From: Octopus sinensis
Lineage: Eukaryota
DNA: 64,000 nt
NCBI RefSeq assembly: GCF_006345805.1
Contig: NC_042997.1
Coordinates: forward strand, 140,802,001 to 140,866,000
Direction: 5' to 3'
Shown here in pieces: positions 11,699-24,969 of the stretch; positions within the stretch are counted from its first letter, which is position 1; the number at the start of each line of letters is the position of its first letter. The position numbers and the translations under genes are program-made. The notes beneath the pieces were generated by a model, which worked only from the letters and a program-made list of their open reading frames with translations, searched no databases and was not told the origin of the DNA.

Positions 11699-14600
11699 AA
11701 TGTACAAGTCCACTAATAATGTGATCCTTAAACTGGAAAATAGCAACTCCCTGCCATAAAATGAAGCGAAACTTACCCTCCCACATGACTCCCACTTTAT
11801 AAATTAAAAGACAAGACTGAGTCTGCATCTGTACCATTCCCTTTACTTTACCATGGTGTTGGACAAATTTAAAAGTTTCAAGCCATCTTAATTGTTATTA
11901 AGCATGCCGATTTGTCTGTCCCCACCACCACCACCACCAGTTTTTCAGTCCTCGTTTTCCCCTTCCCAGTCTAATGCAAACATTGCACTAATAGACTTTT
12001 GTATAGCTACTTGGCTTGCAACAATGTTGTAGACACATTTTCCTCAATTAAACTCCTCTCTCGTTTGCGTTTTAAAGTAAGGACCATAGCATGGGGTGTG
12101 TGAAATACATAGATTTTCTTATTACATGGCTCTCCTATATTAGCCAGCTGTTGCACTGGCTTGGCTACAGCTTGAGTGTCAAGCAAAGGAGGAAGTGTCT
12201 TCTGAAGTTTGGTCTTATTTGTGGCGGTGGTGGTCTTAAGAAATGATTCATATCAGTAAGTGTGTATGTGTGTGTGGGAGTTGAGAGGGATAGAGTGGAA
12301 GAAATTGAGGTGAAGTGCAATCAAAGGGATGACTGTTCTGCACCTGCTATAATGACTTATTCACAGCTACTCTGCTACGTTCACCAATGACAGAGTCTCT
12401 AGGCGATCACTCAGCCAGCTAGAAATAACAGTTGAGTCTCCCTCAAATCACACCCTATTGCTCTAAATAAAGAAAGAACACTGCATTAAGTAATGTAGAT
12501 CTATGCACCCATAATTTCACTGGATGGATGCCTTTCACAATAGGTTTCCTTGATCAGGGTTGAGCCATGTGTTGAATCACAAAACAGTAACAACGCCCTA
12601 TGTCAACATTAACCAGCATGGGAGACTTTAGGTTAGTCGTAGGCAAATTGTGGCTCACGGGACTTTCTGAATGGCATATCTAACAAAGAAATGACCATGA
12701 ATTCTTAGTATTGTGGCCTACTTGAAAATGAGGCAGCTCTTGTGCATCCTACTTCTCAAGAAAGGTTGCTCATGCTTGCTCTAGATAGTTGCTCTGTTTG
12801 CCAGAAATAGCAGCCAAATTTCTTTCAGATCATACCCTATTGTCTTAAAAAAAATGATTAGACTGTCACCTTTGCAATGCTTTTGTTTCTATGTTTGCAC
12901 TGACAGATGCTGTTGCTGGTTCAGCACCATCAACAGCATTTATCACATGCAGCTGTTAATCACCCTCCGCTCTACCTTTCGCTGTTGACCAGTTACTCTA
13001 CTTCTATCATGAGTATTACTGCCACCACTGCCAGCACCTCCACCACCAGTGCCACCACCTCTGCTGCTTCCACCACCACCACTGCTACTGCTGCCGTCAT
13101 AGTTTTAACATCCACTTTTTCAAGCTTGCATGGGTCAGATGAAATTTGTTGAGGTAGATTTCCTATGGTTTGATGCTCTTCCTGTGACCAACCTTTACTT
13201 CTTTCCAAGTAAGGTAATATTTTCCCGTCACCAGACATGTTTTTATGGAAAACTGGAAATGATGTTGACTATTCATTTACAATGCAATAACAATATGCAT
13301 GATGGTGAGGTAGTCATGTACATCTATTCCTTTTTTGTTTTAGTTTCATTGCTTACTTTGAATAGGAAGCGACATGGTGCCTACCTTGACTTTTTGCTGG
13401 TGGTAGTGGTGGTGGTGGATTGCAACAGCTGGATTGTTGGGATAAAGGTATATTTTTGTACAACTGACCATTATGGCATTGATGTGTTATCAGTTCCCTT
13501 TTTTGGCAGATTTATGACCAGCCTCTAGGCAGCCCCATTTAGTTTTAAATTTTAAGTGAAATTTCATAAAGGAACTACAAATATATATATTTGTGTGTGT
13601 GAGTATAATATACATATATATATTGGCACTCGGTCGGTTACGACAATGAGGGTTCCAGTTGATCTGATCAATGAAACAGCCTGCTCGTGAAGAGTTTCTA
13701 CAGCTGGATGCCCTTCCTAACGCTGACCACTCAGTGTAGTGGGCGCTTTTATGTGCCGCTGGCACGAAGGCCAGTCTGGTGGTACTGGCAACGGCCACAC
13801 TCGAAATGGTGTTTTCTACATGCCACCTGCACAGGAGTCAGTCCAGTGGAACTGGCAATGACCTCACTCGAATGTTTAGTTCATGTGCCACCAGCACAAG
13901 TGCCAGTAAGGCGACGCTGGTAACGATCATGCTCAAATGGTGCTTTTTATATAATATATGTGTATTTATATATAATATAATATAATATAATATATATATA
14001 TATATTACACACACACACATGTATATATGTATATATAAATAAAGGGTGCAAAATAGCACCAGTGATTGCTCTTTTTGTGAGTTTATCTCACAAAGGAAGA
14101 ATCATTTAGCTTGCTGTGCCCGCTTCCACCAAATATAATGAGGTTAGTGTTCTTTGTGGTTTAGAATTAATTTTGACTCTTATTTTTAGCAATCACTGGT
14201 GCTATTTTATTTATTAATTCCTTTTGGGTTTTTTAATTGCTAGCAAACCACTTATACTGTAATGTGTTTAATATATCTTAATATATTAATATATCAATCT
14301 AGCATTTCTTTGTATTGATATATATATATATACATATATAAAACACGAGATTGCTTATAAGTTATTGAGTTACACCATCTTATATATATATTTCATTAAT
14401 GTTGGCTAATTGCATAATCAAGATTTAATGTCAAATCACCAACGATATGTAACCTTTATGTATAATACTATGGCATTGAAAAAATATTGACATTATTCTC
14501 TATCATGGAGGTGGCTAGCAATTGAGCTATGCACACACACACACACATGCACACACATGTGTATATATATATATATATATAATTATATATATACTGCTTC

Positions 14601-15960
14601 TGAGTTAAAGTTGTTGTCCACAGGTTATGAGGTGTAGAGCGAGGGAAAGAATATAGTGATGTCGATTATGAACATGGCCAAGGGAGAAACCCCTGAGGTG
14701 TCTCCTATATACAAATGTACTAGTTTCCACTTGTTATTTTTGTTGAGTTGTTCCGTGCAGGCCTGAGAATTTGTGGACGAGTTGGCTAAGTGATTACAAA
14801 GTGGTTCCTCTTCCCTTCTGCTCCAAATGTTGTGTTGAGAGACTCTTATAACTGAAGGGTTGCTAAGATTTTTGTTGACAAGTTCCTCCTTAAAGGATTG
14901 ACAGGGAATGTGAAAGTCATTCCCTGAAACAATTCCTGAGATTGATATCTGCGTTGAAATTTCATCCCATTTCACCATTTATGTCACTTTTCATATTAGT
15001 TTGTCTTTTTTTATTTCTCATTTTTCTTATTTATTATTATTTTTCGTTTTGGATTTGTTGATTTTTGATGAGTGGATTGGATGAAGTGATAGAGCATTGG
15101 ATACTATTTGGTTACACCCTTTTATGTTCTGAGTTCAAGTTCTGTGTCAGTGAGTTTTGTCTTTTATCCTGATGAGCTTGATATAATAAAGCACTACACA
15201 AGTGCTGGGGTTGATTTAATCATGCAATCCCACAAATTTTTGGCCTTGTACCTGATTAACAAATGAATATTGTTAACCCATTAAGGAGAGACGACTGATG
15301 AATAAAGAATTGGTACCTCAATTCATGTGTCATTAATCAATAGTTATTGTAGATATTCCATTGTAACTTTTGATGTAACACTTAATTTTATGTCACCCTT
15401 CATCTTGAGTGAGCTTCAATATAGCTGCCCAGTCTGCTAGAAATAGCAACCAAATTTCTTTAAATCACATACTGCTATTTTAAAATAGGAAGGGTCTATT
15501 GGATAATGTAGTCCTAGGTAGAGCAGTCAAAGCTGGAAAGCTTTTGATCATAGTTGTGCTCAATATGGGTTGACTTGGGGGCTAAACAACAAGGGCCAGG
15601 CATTTTCAGAAATCTTTATTTGTGACAGGAATTTGTTGGGTGTTTTCTACTACAGCCTTGGGCTAGCCAAAGCTTTGTAAATGGGTTTCATAGACAGAAA
15701 CTGAAAGAAGCCCATCACGCGTGCGCGCATGTGTGTGTGTGTAAGTGAGCATCACCCTTGTACAAGCATTGTTTCTAGCTCTTCATGAAAAATATATTTG
15801 GCCATGGGAAATATTACCTTCCTTGGAAGCAGGTGAAAGTTAGTGACAGGAAGGGCATCTAACCATAAAAAAAGTCTTCCTCAGTAAATTGTGGCTGATT
15901 CATGCAAAATGGACATTAAATGTAATTATTAGTGGCAGTTTTTGTTTACTAATTAGTTAT

Positions 15961-16190
15961 CTTTTATCTTTTACTTGTTTCAGTCATTAAATTGTGGCCA
16001 TACTGGGGCACCACCTTGAAGAATTTTAGTCAAATGAATTGACCCCAGTACTTAATTTTTTTTAAAGCCTGGAACTTATTCTAGCAGTCTTTTTTGATGA
16101 ACTGATAAGTTATAGGGATGTAAACACACCAACACCAGTTGTTAAGTGGTGGTGGGGGAGACAAATACAGACACAAAGACATACACACAG

Positions 16191-16289
<99 letters not shown>

Positions 16290-16449
16290 TATGGGGTTCT
16301 TTTAGTTTCTGTCTAACAAATCCACTCTCAAGGCTTTAATCAACCTGAGACTATAGTAGAAGGTACTCATCTAGGGTACCACACAGTGGGACTGAACCTG
16401 GAACCATGTAGTTGGGAAGCAAGCTTTTTACCACACAGCCATGCCTGCA
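15961..16449 (-). mobile_element. Family A tRNA-head SINE (near full length, expanded TA tract)
   Basis: Similar along its length to 36535-36947. Confidence 0.8.
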
Positions 16450-17316
16450 CTTAATCAAAGTTAATCAAAAGTCTTTCAACTCATTATATTACATACGTGA
16501 GGCTCAACTATTTGTATTTCATATAAAAAAAGACAAAAGCAACACCCTGAGGTATTTTCCTTTTGGTCATGGTTTATAATGGTCTGTGCCACCAAGAATC
16601 AAATTAAAAACAAAAACACAAACACAAATGAAAATGAAATAACCAAAACAAACAAACAAACAAATAAAAAACAACAAAAAGGCAAGCAATAATAAATAAA
16701 GCTAAAGGATGTTGGCATCCATGATATAAAGTAGAGACTAATATTTCAGACTGGTGCCTCTCATTGAAGAAGAAAGGATATCTTCTGGTTTATAATCTCT
16801 TTAAGCTTCTTAATCTTTAAGTTTGTCTTTCCGTCCGCCCTCTCTCTCTCTCTCTCTCTCTCTGTATATATATATGTTTATATATGTGTTCCACTCTCTT
16901 TGTGTTTTGCTTTTTCCTCATTCCATTCTCCCATGTTGTTCTTTATCTACTGTTTGTACTGACTCTGTGTAACTCCCTTAATGTGTCTATGTCTACCTCT
17001 TTTAATCATTTCCTCCTTGTACTCTACTTCATTATCATTCCCTCTCTTTCTCTGTCTGTCTCTCTGCCTCTCTCTCTCTCTCTTTCTATACATCAGTCTC
17101 CTCAACCATTTCCTTCTCTGTAAAATCACATCGCAAACTGACATCACATCCTCTATTGTTTCAAGTGTGTGTATGTGTGTGTGTGTGTGTGTATGTGTAT
17201 ATGTGAGTACATGTTTGAGTATATATGTATCATCATCATCCTTAAATATCTGTGTTCCATGCTGGCATGTGTTATACACACACACGCACACACACACACA
17301 TATACATACACACATA

Positions 17317-17366
<50 letters not shown>

Positions 17367-17484
17367 CATTTATAATTATTACTATAATCCTGCTCTACTT
17401 AGAATTGGCTAAGTTTGGTATTTTAGCAACAGCAGTTCAAAGAAATCATGTTGAGTCTCATGTAAGAGAGAAAGAAAGAAAGGA

Positions 17485-17548
<64 letters not shown>

Positions 17549-17689
17549 AGCAGGCCTCCGTTGTGTGTGTGTGTAGTGGTGATGGGGAAGAATATCATTT
17601 TGCTGATATAATCAGGGGTTCTAGGTTCAGTTTGTGAATAAATAGTCTTATCAAGCCATCTTTTTCTCTTCCATTTGCCTTTCTTCTAC

Positions 17690-17739
<50 letters not shown>

Positions 17740-18112
17740 TCAGTTCTTTCCTGACCCCTTCATATGAAACCAAAACATCTGTTTTAATAATTGTGTTTTC
17801 CCCTCTTATTCCCATCTGTTCATCTTGGAACTGATCACACACACACACACATGCATGCACACACACATGCATGCACACATACACACATAAATGTTCATAC
17901 TAGTAATAAAAAGCAACTTATTAAAATGCACAAAACACATACAACACAAATGCATATAGTCAAACTCATACATTTATAGTTTATAAATGTTAAACAAAAT
18001 TGAACCAAGGGAAATCCCTCAAATCTACCAATGCCATGGATAAAACAAATCGTATACTGAGAAACTGAATAATGAAGTTCAAAATTCATTATCATTTTCA
18101 TTATAGGTTTAG

Positions 18113-18313
18113 GCATAGCTGCGTAGTAAGAAGCTTGCTTACCAACTACATGTTTCCAGGTTTAGTCCCACTGCATGGCACCTTGGGCAAGTGTCTTCGA
18201 CTATAGTCATGGGCTGACCAAAGCCTTGTGAGTGAATTTGGTAGAGGGAAACTGAAAGAAGCCCGTCGTATATATCATCATAAACGATGATGATGATGAT
18301 GATACATATATAT

Positions 18314-18348
<35 letters not shown>

Positions 18349-18672
18349 TGGCATTAGAAAGGGCATCCAGCTGTAGAAACTCTGCCAGATCAAGATTGGA
18401 GCCTGGTGCAGCCATCTTGTTTGCCAGTCCTCAGTCAAATTGTCCAACCCATGCTAGCATGGAAAGTGGACATTAAACGATTAGACGATATATATATATA
18501 ATATATATATATATCATCATCATCATCATCGTTTAACGTCCGCTTCCATGCTAGCATGGGTTCATCATCATCATCATCATCATTTAGAGAACGGACGCTA
18601 AATGATGATGATGATGATGATGAACCCATGCTAGCATGGAAAGCGGACGTTAAACGATGATGATGATGATGA

Positions 18673-18753
<81 letters not shown>

Positions 18754-19000
18754 GTATGTGTATGTGTGTGTATGTATGAATGTGTGTGTGTGATTGTGTA
18801 TGTGTGTGTGTTTGCCCCCCCCCCATCACTTGACACCGATGTTGGTGTGTTTACATCCACGTAACTTAGCGGTTCAGCAAAAATGACCAATAGAATAAGT
18901 GCTAGGCTTACAAACAATAAGTCCTGGTGTTGATTTCTTCAACTAAAGGCAGTGATCCAGCATGGCTGCAGTCAATTGACTGAAACTAGTAAAAGAAATT
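18113..19000 (+). mobile_element. Family A SINE split in its microsatellite by family C tails and a fold-back palindrome
   Basis: Head at 18113-18270, 3' half at ~18780-19000. Confidence 0.7.
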
Positions 19001-21658
19001 GTTTTTTAATGTCCATCTTTTCTGCTGGCATGGATACTGGCATGGGTTAAGTGGTTTGACGGGACCTGAGGAGTGCTACATTGTACACATTGGTATGGTT
19101 TCTATGGCTGGATACCTTTCCTAATGCTGATCACTTTAGAAAAAAGTGCTATGTCCTTTTTAAGTGGCATCAGCACTGATATTTGTTGGTTTGAGTGCTA
19201 CGGTAGGAGGTCAATAGACTAAGTAGCAGTAATGGTCTGAAGTTGTTTAATACCAGGTCAGCTCAGATCAAGCTTCTTAACCACACAGCCATGCCTGCTG
19301 CTGTAATATAGATGCAAAAGCAGGGTCTTGTAAAGAAAGGGAAGGTGGTGGTCTGGCATAATTGTTAGCTCACCAGAAAAAACAATTGCTTAGCATCATT
19401 TTACCCATCTCTACATTCTGAGAGGATCGACTCTGCCTTTCATCCTTTTGGAGTAAATAAATTGAGTACCAGTTGTGTACTGAGGTTGATCTAATCGACT
19501 GGACCCCCTCCTCAAAAATTTAAAGCCTTGTGCCTAGAATAGAAAAGATTTATCCTTTCAAGATTGATGACGTAAGTACCAGAAATGCACTGGGGTTGAT
19601 GTAACCAACTACCCCCTTTCCTAAAAAACAAAATCACTTACACTCTGTTGTACATGCACACCAACATTACTCATCCAGTGGAGTATGTGGGCTTCATTTC
19701 TTTCAAGCCTTCATATGTCCTCAATAGTCACAGCCCATGTCTCACTACAATGTGGCATAGCTGTTTGTACACAGGTATTATACAATCTGCCTTTCACTCT
19801 GAGGAAGAGGCCCTTTGTTACTAACAAAGGTAGTAGCTCTTTGAATTTGCTCAGTTTTGGTCAATAGACTAAGTAGCAGTAATGGTCCGAAGTTTGATTC
19901 AAATATGTGCTGGTGGCACGTAAAAAGCACCATCTGCTCGTGGCCATTGCCAGCCTTGCCTGGCCCCCGTGCCGGTGGCATGTAAAAAGCACCATCCGAT
20001 CATGGCCGTTTGCCAGCCTTGTCTGGCACGTAAAAAGCACCCACTACACACACGGAGTGGTTGGCGTTAGGAAGGGCATCCAGCCATAGAAACATTGCCA
20101 GATCAGACTGGGCCTGGCTTCCCAGACCCTAGTTGAACCGTCCAACCCATGCCAGCATGGAAAGTGGACGCTAAACGATGATGATGATGCCAACTTATGT
20201 GGCGGTGAGGCAGAACAATGACTGATGTAAGTATCTTACATAGATCTATATGAACCTGGGAAAACAGACATTAATAAACCATCTTCTTTATCACAGTGAT
20301 GAGGATGGTTATTGTTATGAAGTTGATAACAATGATAATAGAGATGGTACTTCTAATGTTGGTTGTGGTTGAGATGGAATGATAAGAATGACAATTAAGT
20401 TGATGATTAAAATATTACTAATACAGTAAGAAGTGCTTTTATTATTGCTGTTGTTGTTGTTGTTTAGCACATGGTTCAATCTTATGGAATCGCTTTATCT
20501 TCAAAAATAACCACAAAATTCCCTCAGATCGCAACACTACTGCTTTAAAATAGGAAAGACACATTGGACGATGTAGTATAATGCTATACAAAAGAAGATG
20601 ATATAGTTGATGCTGGTATGCCTTTAACCATGGGTCTGTTTGATCTGAGCTGACCTGATATTAAACAACTACAACCATAAGAAATACAATATACATACAC
20701 ATGCCATCATATATTTTGTCATCATCATCATCATCATTTAGTGTACACTTTTCCATTCTTGCATGACTCACATAAAATTTGTTGAGGTAGATTTTCTACA
20801 ACCAAATGCTCTTCCTGCTGCCAACTTTTATCTGTTTCCAAAGGAGGTAATATTTCCTCACAGCTAGGCATGTTTTTCATGGAAGACTTGAAGTGAACAT
20901 CTTTGCTTGTATGATGACGATGATAATGATGATGATCATGATGATGATAATGACAATGATGATGATGATGAAGATGATGAACGATGATGATGAACGATGA
21001 TGATGATGATGACTACGACAGTTATTATTATTTATATCCATGATGTCAAGACAAGGATTCATACAAGTTGGAACAGAAATTTTCAAATCCAGAGCTACAG
21101 TTGTTGTCGTCGTCGTCGTTTAATGTCCTACAGTGTCATAAGAAATACAGAGGTCTTGGAAATATATAAGAATTCCGATAATGGTAGTCATCATTAGAGA
21201 TGTTGATAAGGTGTTGAGCTGGCAGAATCATTACCGTGCTGGACAAAATGCTTAGTGGAATTTCAGCCACCTTTATGTTCTGAGTTAAAATTCCACCAAG
21301 TCAACTTTGCCTTTCATCGTTTTGGGGGGTCAATAAAATAAGTACCAGTTATGCACTGGGGTCTATGTAATTAACTTAATCCCTTTGTCTGTCCTTATTT
21401 GTCCCCCACTCTATGTTTAGCCCCTTGTGGGCAATAAATAAATAAATAAAATAAGTACCAGTTCAACACAGGGGTCAAAATAATTAACTTACCCCGTCCC
21501 CTAACCTTGCTGGCCTTGTGCCAAAATTTGAAATCATTATTAAAGGTGTTGATGTCAGTATTGCTGTTAGAGTTTTGATAATAGTAATTATCTAATTATC
21601 ATTAAAGATATTAATGATGATAATCTAAAGGTGATATCAATTTATTTTCTATTTTCAG

Positions 21659-21776
21659 ATCTGAGAAACTAAACATCTAAAAAGTCCCGTGTATGAGACT
21701 TTGAAGATGGGGCTTATCTGTGGCAGCCAGTCCCACAATTATGATAATGCTAAATGTAAAGAATTGTCAGACAATA
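21659..21776 (+). CDS. PALD1: Exon with 5'UTR (21659-21706) and start codon at 21707: [23 protein letters not shown]
   Basis: Acceptor ttttctattttcAG (21657-58) and donor GTAAGT at 21777. ATG has A at -3 and G at +4, with an in-frame TGA upstream at 21662. Phase 1 joins the next exon in frame. Confidence 0.75.
21693..21704 (+). promoter_or_regulatory. Minimal uORF (ATG AGA CTT TGA) ending 2 nt before the main ATG
   Basis: Read directly in the 5'UTR part of the exon; weak context (T at -3, A at +4). Confidence 0.5.
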
Positions 21777-24700
21777 GTAAGTATACAGAGTTCTTAGCCA
21801 AATTTCTTCAGATGTATGACTTGTTGTGTAATTCTCTTCACCACCTCAGACATGATTCTCAGTTTCTGTAAATTCTTCCTAACAGAGATTAAAATTTCAA
21901 AAACCTGTTTCCATGATGCAACTCAACCATCTGGATATGCCATTCATTAAAGAATATAGATAGCCAGTGGAATACTTTGTCTCAAAGTTTTTATCTAGTG
22001 CCGGTGGCATGTAAAAATTACCATCCAAATGTGGCTGATACCAGTGCTGCCTTGACTGGCTTCCATGCTGGTGGCACATAAAAAGCACCAACTGATTGTG
22101 GCTGTTGCCAGTCTCCCCTGGCACTTGTGCCGGTGGCACGTAAAAAGCACCCACTACATTCTCGGAGTAGTTGGCGTTAGGAAGGGTATCCAGCTGTAGA
22201 AACACTGCCAGATCAGACTGGAGCCTGGTGCAGCCTCCTGGCTTCCCAGACCTGGTCGAATTGTCCAACCCAGGCTAGCATGGAAAACGGATGTTAAACG
22301 ATGATGATGATGATGATGATGACTAGTGACTGAGACCTTTGGTGATATGCTGTGCTTGAGAAGACCCGTCAAGCCAAGTGAAATTGTAGTCATGGCTGAT
22401 GCTGGTGTCATGTAACGGGCATGTAAAAAGCACCTTTCAAACGTTGGGTCTCACAGAAGCAATGACCAAGACCTTTGACATTATATCATGCTTGAGAAGA
22501 CCCATTGAGCCAAGTAAAATCACAGTCATGGCAGATACTGGTGTCATGCAAATGGCACCCATGCTGGTGGCACAAAATTGCTCCCATTACACTCTTGGAT
22601 TGGTTGGTGTTAGGAAGGGCATCCAGCCGTAGAAACTATGGCAAATCAGACTGGGATTTGGTGCAGCCTTCCAGCTTGCCAGCCCTAGTCAAACCGTCCC
22701 ACCTATGCCAGCATGGACAATGGATGCTAAATGTTGATGATGATGATGATGATGATGATGACCTAAACTTTTTTGTAACCATATTTTTGTTGAAATAAAC
22801 CCTCTTAAAATAATTTTGAAATAATGAAGAATATAGTAAACTAATTTGTCCTTATTAAACTGATGTTTGGGACATGATTTTTCATGAAATTTTAATGGGA
22901 AATTTTAATTTAGACCAGACAGTGTCACATAAAAGCACCCAGCACACTCTCTGAAGTGGTTGGCATTAAGAAGGGCATCAACCCATAGAACCCATGCCAA
23001 ATCAGATTGGAGGCTGGTGCAGCCTCCCAGCTTGCCAGCACTGGTCAAACCATCCAACCCATGCCAGCATGGACAATGTTAATTGCTGGTGATGATGGTA
23101 TTCAATCAGGGCCTACATGTCCCTCGAAGGTTCATATAGGATATTGTTATTAAACTTTATGTGCAATATATTGCTTATGCTTCTACAATACGCGAAATAT
23201 TTTAACAATTTTTTAATACAATTTGTAATAATTTTTAATTATAAAAATGTAATGAGATTTTTTAAAGCCTCAAATGGTTATTGGGGTCCAGTAGAGTAAA
23301 ACAGGAACCAAAGGGGTCAACAGGCAAAAAAATGGTTGAGAACAACTGCTTTAGATCATCACTTGTCTGATGATGATGCTCATTTATAACCATCACATCT
23401 AGTCAAAGGTACACATAAACATTCATGTGCACATGTGTGCATATATACACATGGTGCATAGATTGTACAGCTCTCACCAATCACTCATCCATCCCTAGCT
23501 TCTGCATTGCCCACCAGATAAGGGCACAAGGGACCTTGTCAAAAGCTTTCTCCATGTCAACAGAAGGCAAATACAGAGGTTTATTTTTGGCATCAGTAGT
23601 GCTTCTTCCTGGCACAAAACCAAACTGCATCTTGTCTAGGTTAACTCTCTTCCTAATTAATTGAGCTATGATACATACTTTCTGTAACTTTCATCACCTG
23701 GTCCAGCAACTTGATACCTCTGTAACTATTTCTAGTTGGCTATAATGTTGCCACGTCAATCATTAGGAATGACTCTCTCCTGGACAACTTGATTAACAAT
23801 ATAGGTGACTTGGCTGTATCTCACTTTGTAAGATATTTTAAGTATCACAGCTGTGATTCCTGGTGGGTTGGAGTCTTTCCCTGTCTTCATATTCTTAATT
23901 ACTTTATCTACTAAGCTAGTGTTGATTTGAAAGGTTGGTACTTCTGTCGGATTCAAATTAGGCAGGCTCTCCTTCTCTCATGCATTCTCTACATTTAGCA
24001 TTTCATAGTAACACACCCAAGCCTCCTACTTTGCAGAATCACTAACTGCAAATGAGTCATCATCCATGCAAATGCAGTTCTCTCCTACAACTTCATAGCT
24101 TTCTCTTATATAGTGTCTTGCAATCCAAAACACCTCAAGCCTCTGGTCCTCATGCTGCAAAACATTGGCAAACTTCTTCCTTTCTGGCTGTCTCCTGGTT
24201 GAGTATACCTGTCTTCTTGCTCCCTGATATAGATCACTGCTGCCACCATTCACCCAGTCCTTCCAGACATTCTTCTTCACTCTCATGGCTCTGTCTACTC
24301 TAACATTCCACCACCATGTCACTCTAGGTCTAATTGGGACTTTGCACCAGCCACAGATTTGGTCTGTGACACTCAGTAACCTATCCCATAAGAAATTTCA
24401 GTTGTCCTCTATGTTACATGTCTGTAGCTCCTCCTCCTTCTCGTTAAATGCTTCAATTATGATGGCTCTAAATCTCTTATGTACGTGTAAGTGTGTGTGT
24501 GTGTGCATGCACGTGTGTTTTATGTGCATATGTGTGCATGTGAATCCTTGTCCACACATTATGTTATATTACAACTTCACTTGTATAATAAGCATCATTG
24601 TCATACGAATGAAGTTGTTCATTTCTAGTCTTCCCTGAAAAACATGTCTAGCTATTTGAAAATATTACTTTTCTTGGAAACGAAAGAGGATTGACAGCAG

Positions 24701-24938
24701 GAAGGGCATCCAGCTGCAGAAAATCTGCCTCAAGCACAGGAATGTGGATGTTAACTGATTATGAATAGTCAGGTGCGATTTGAGGAGTATTTGACTATTA
24801 TTTCTAGTAGGCTCAGTTGATGGCTTAGAATTTTGTTGATGTTGCTGCTTTTGGAAATAATTTAAATTTAAAAGTTTGAATTTGTGTCAGAACAGAGCTT
24901 GTCCTAATGAGACCACAATAACAGTTGCAGCAGCCGTA

Positions 24939-24969
<31 letters not shown>

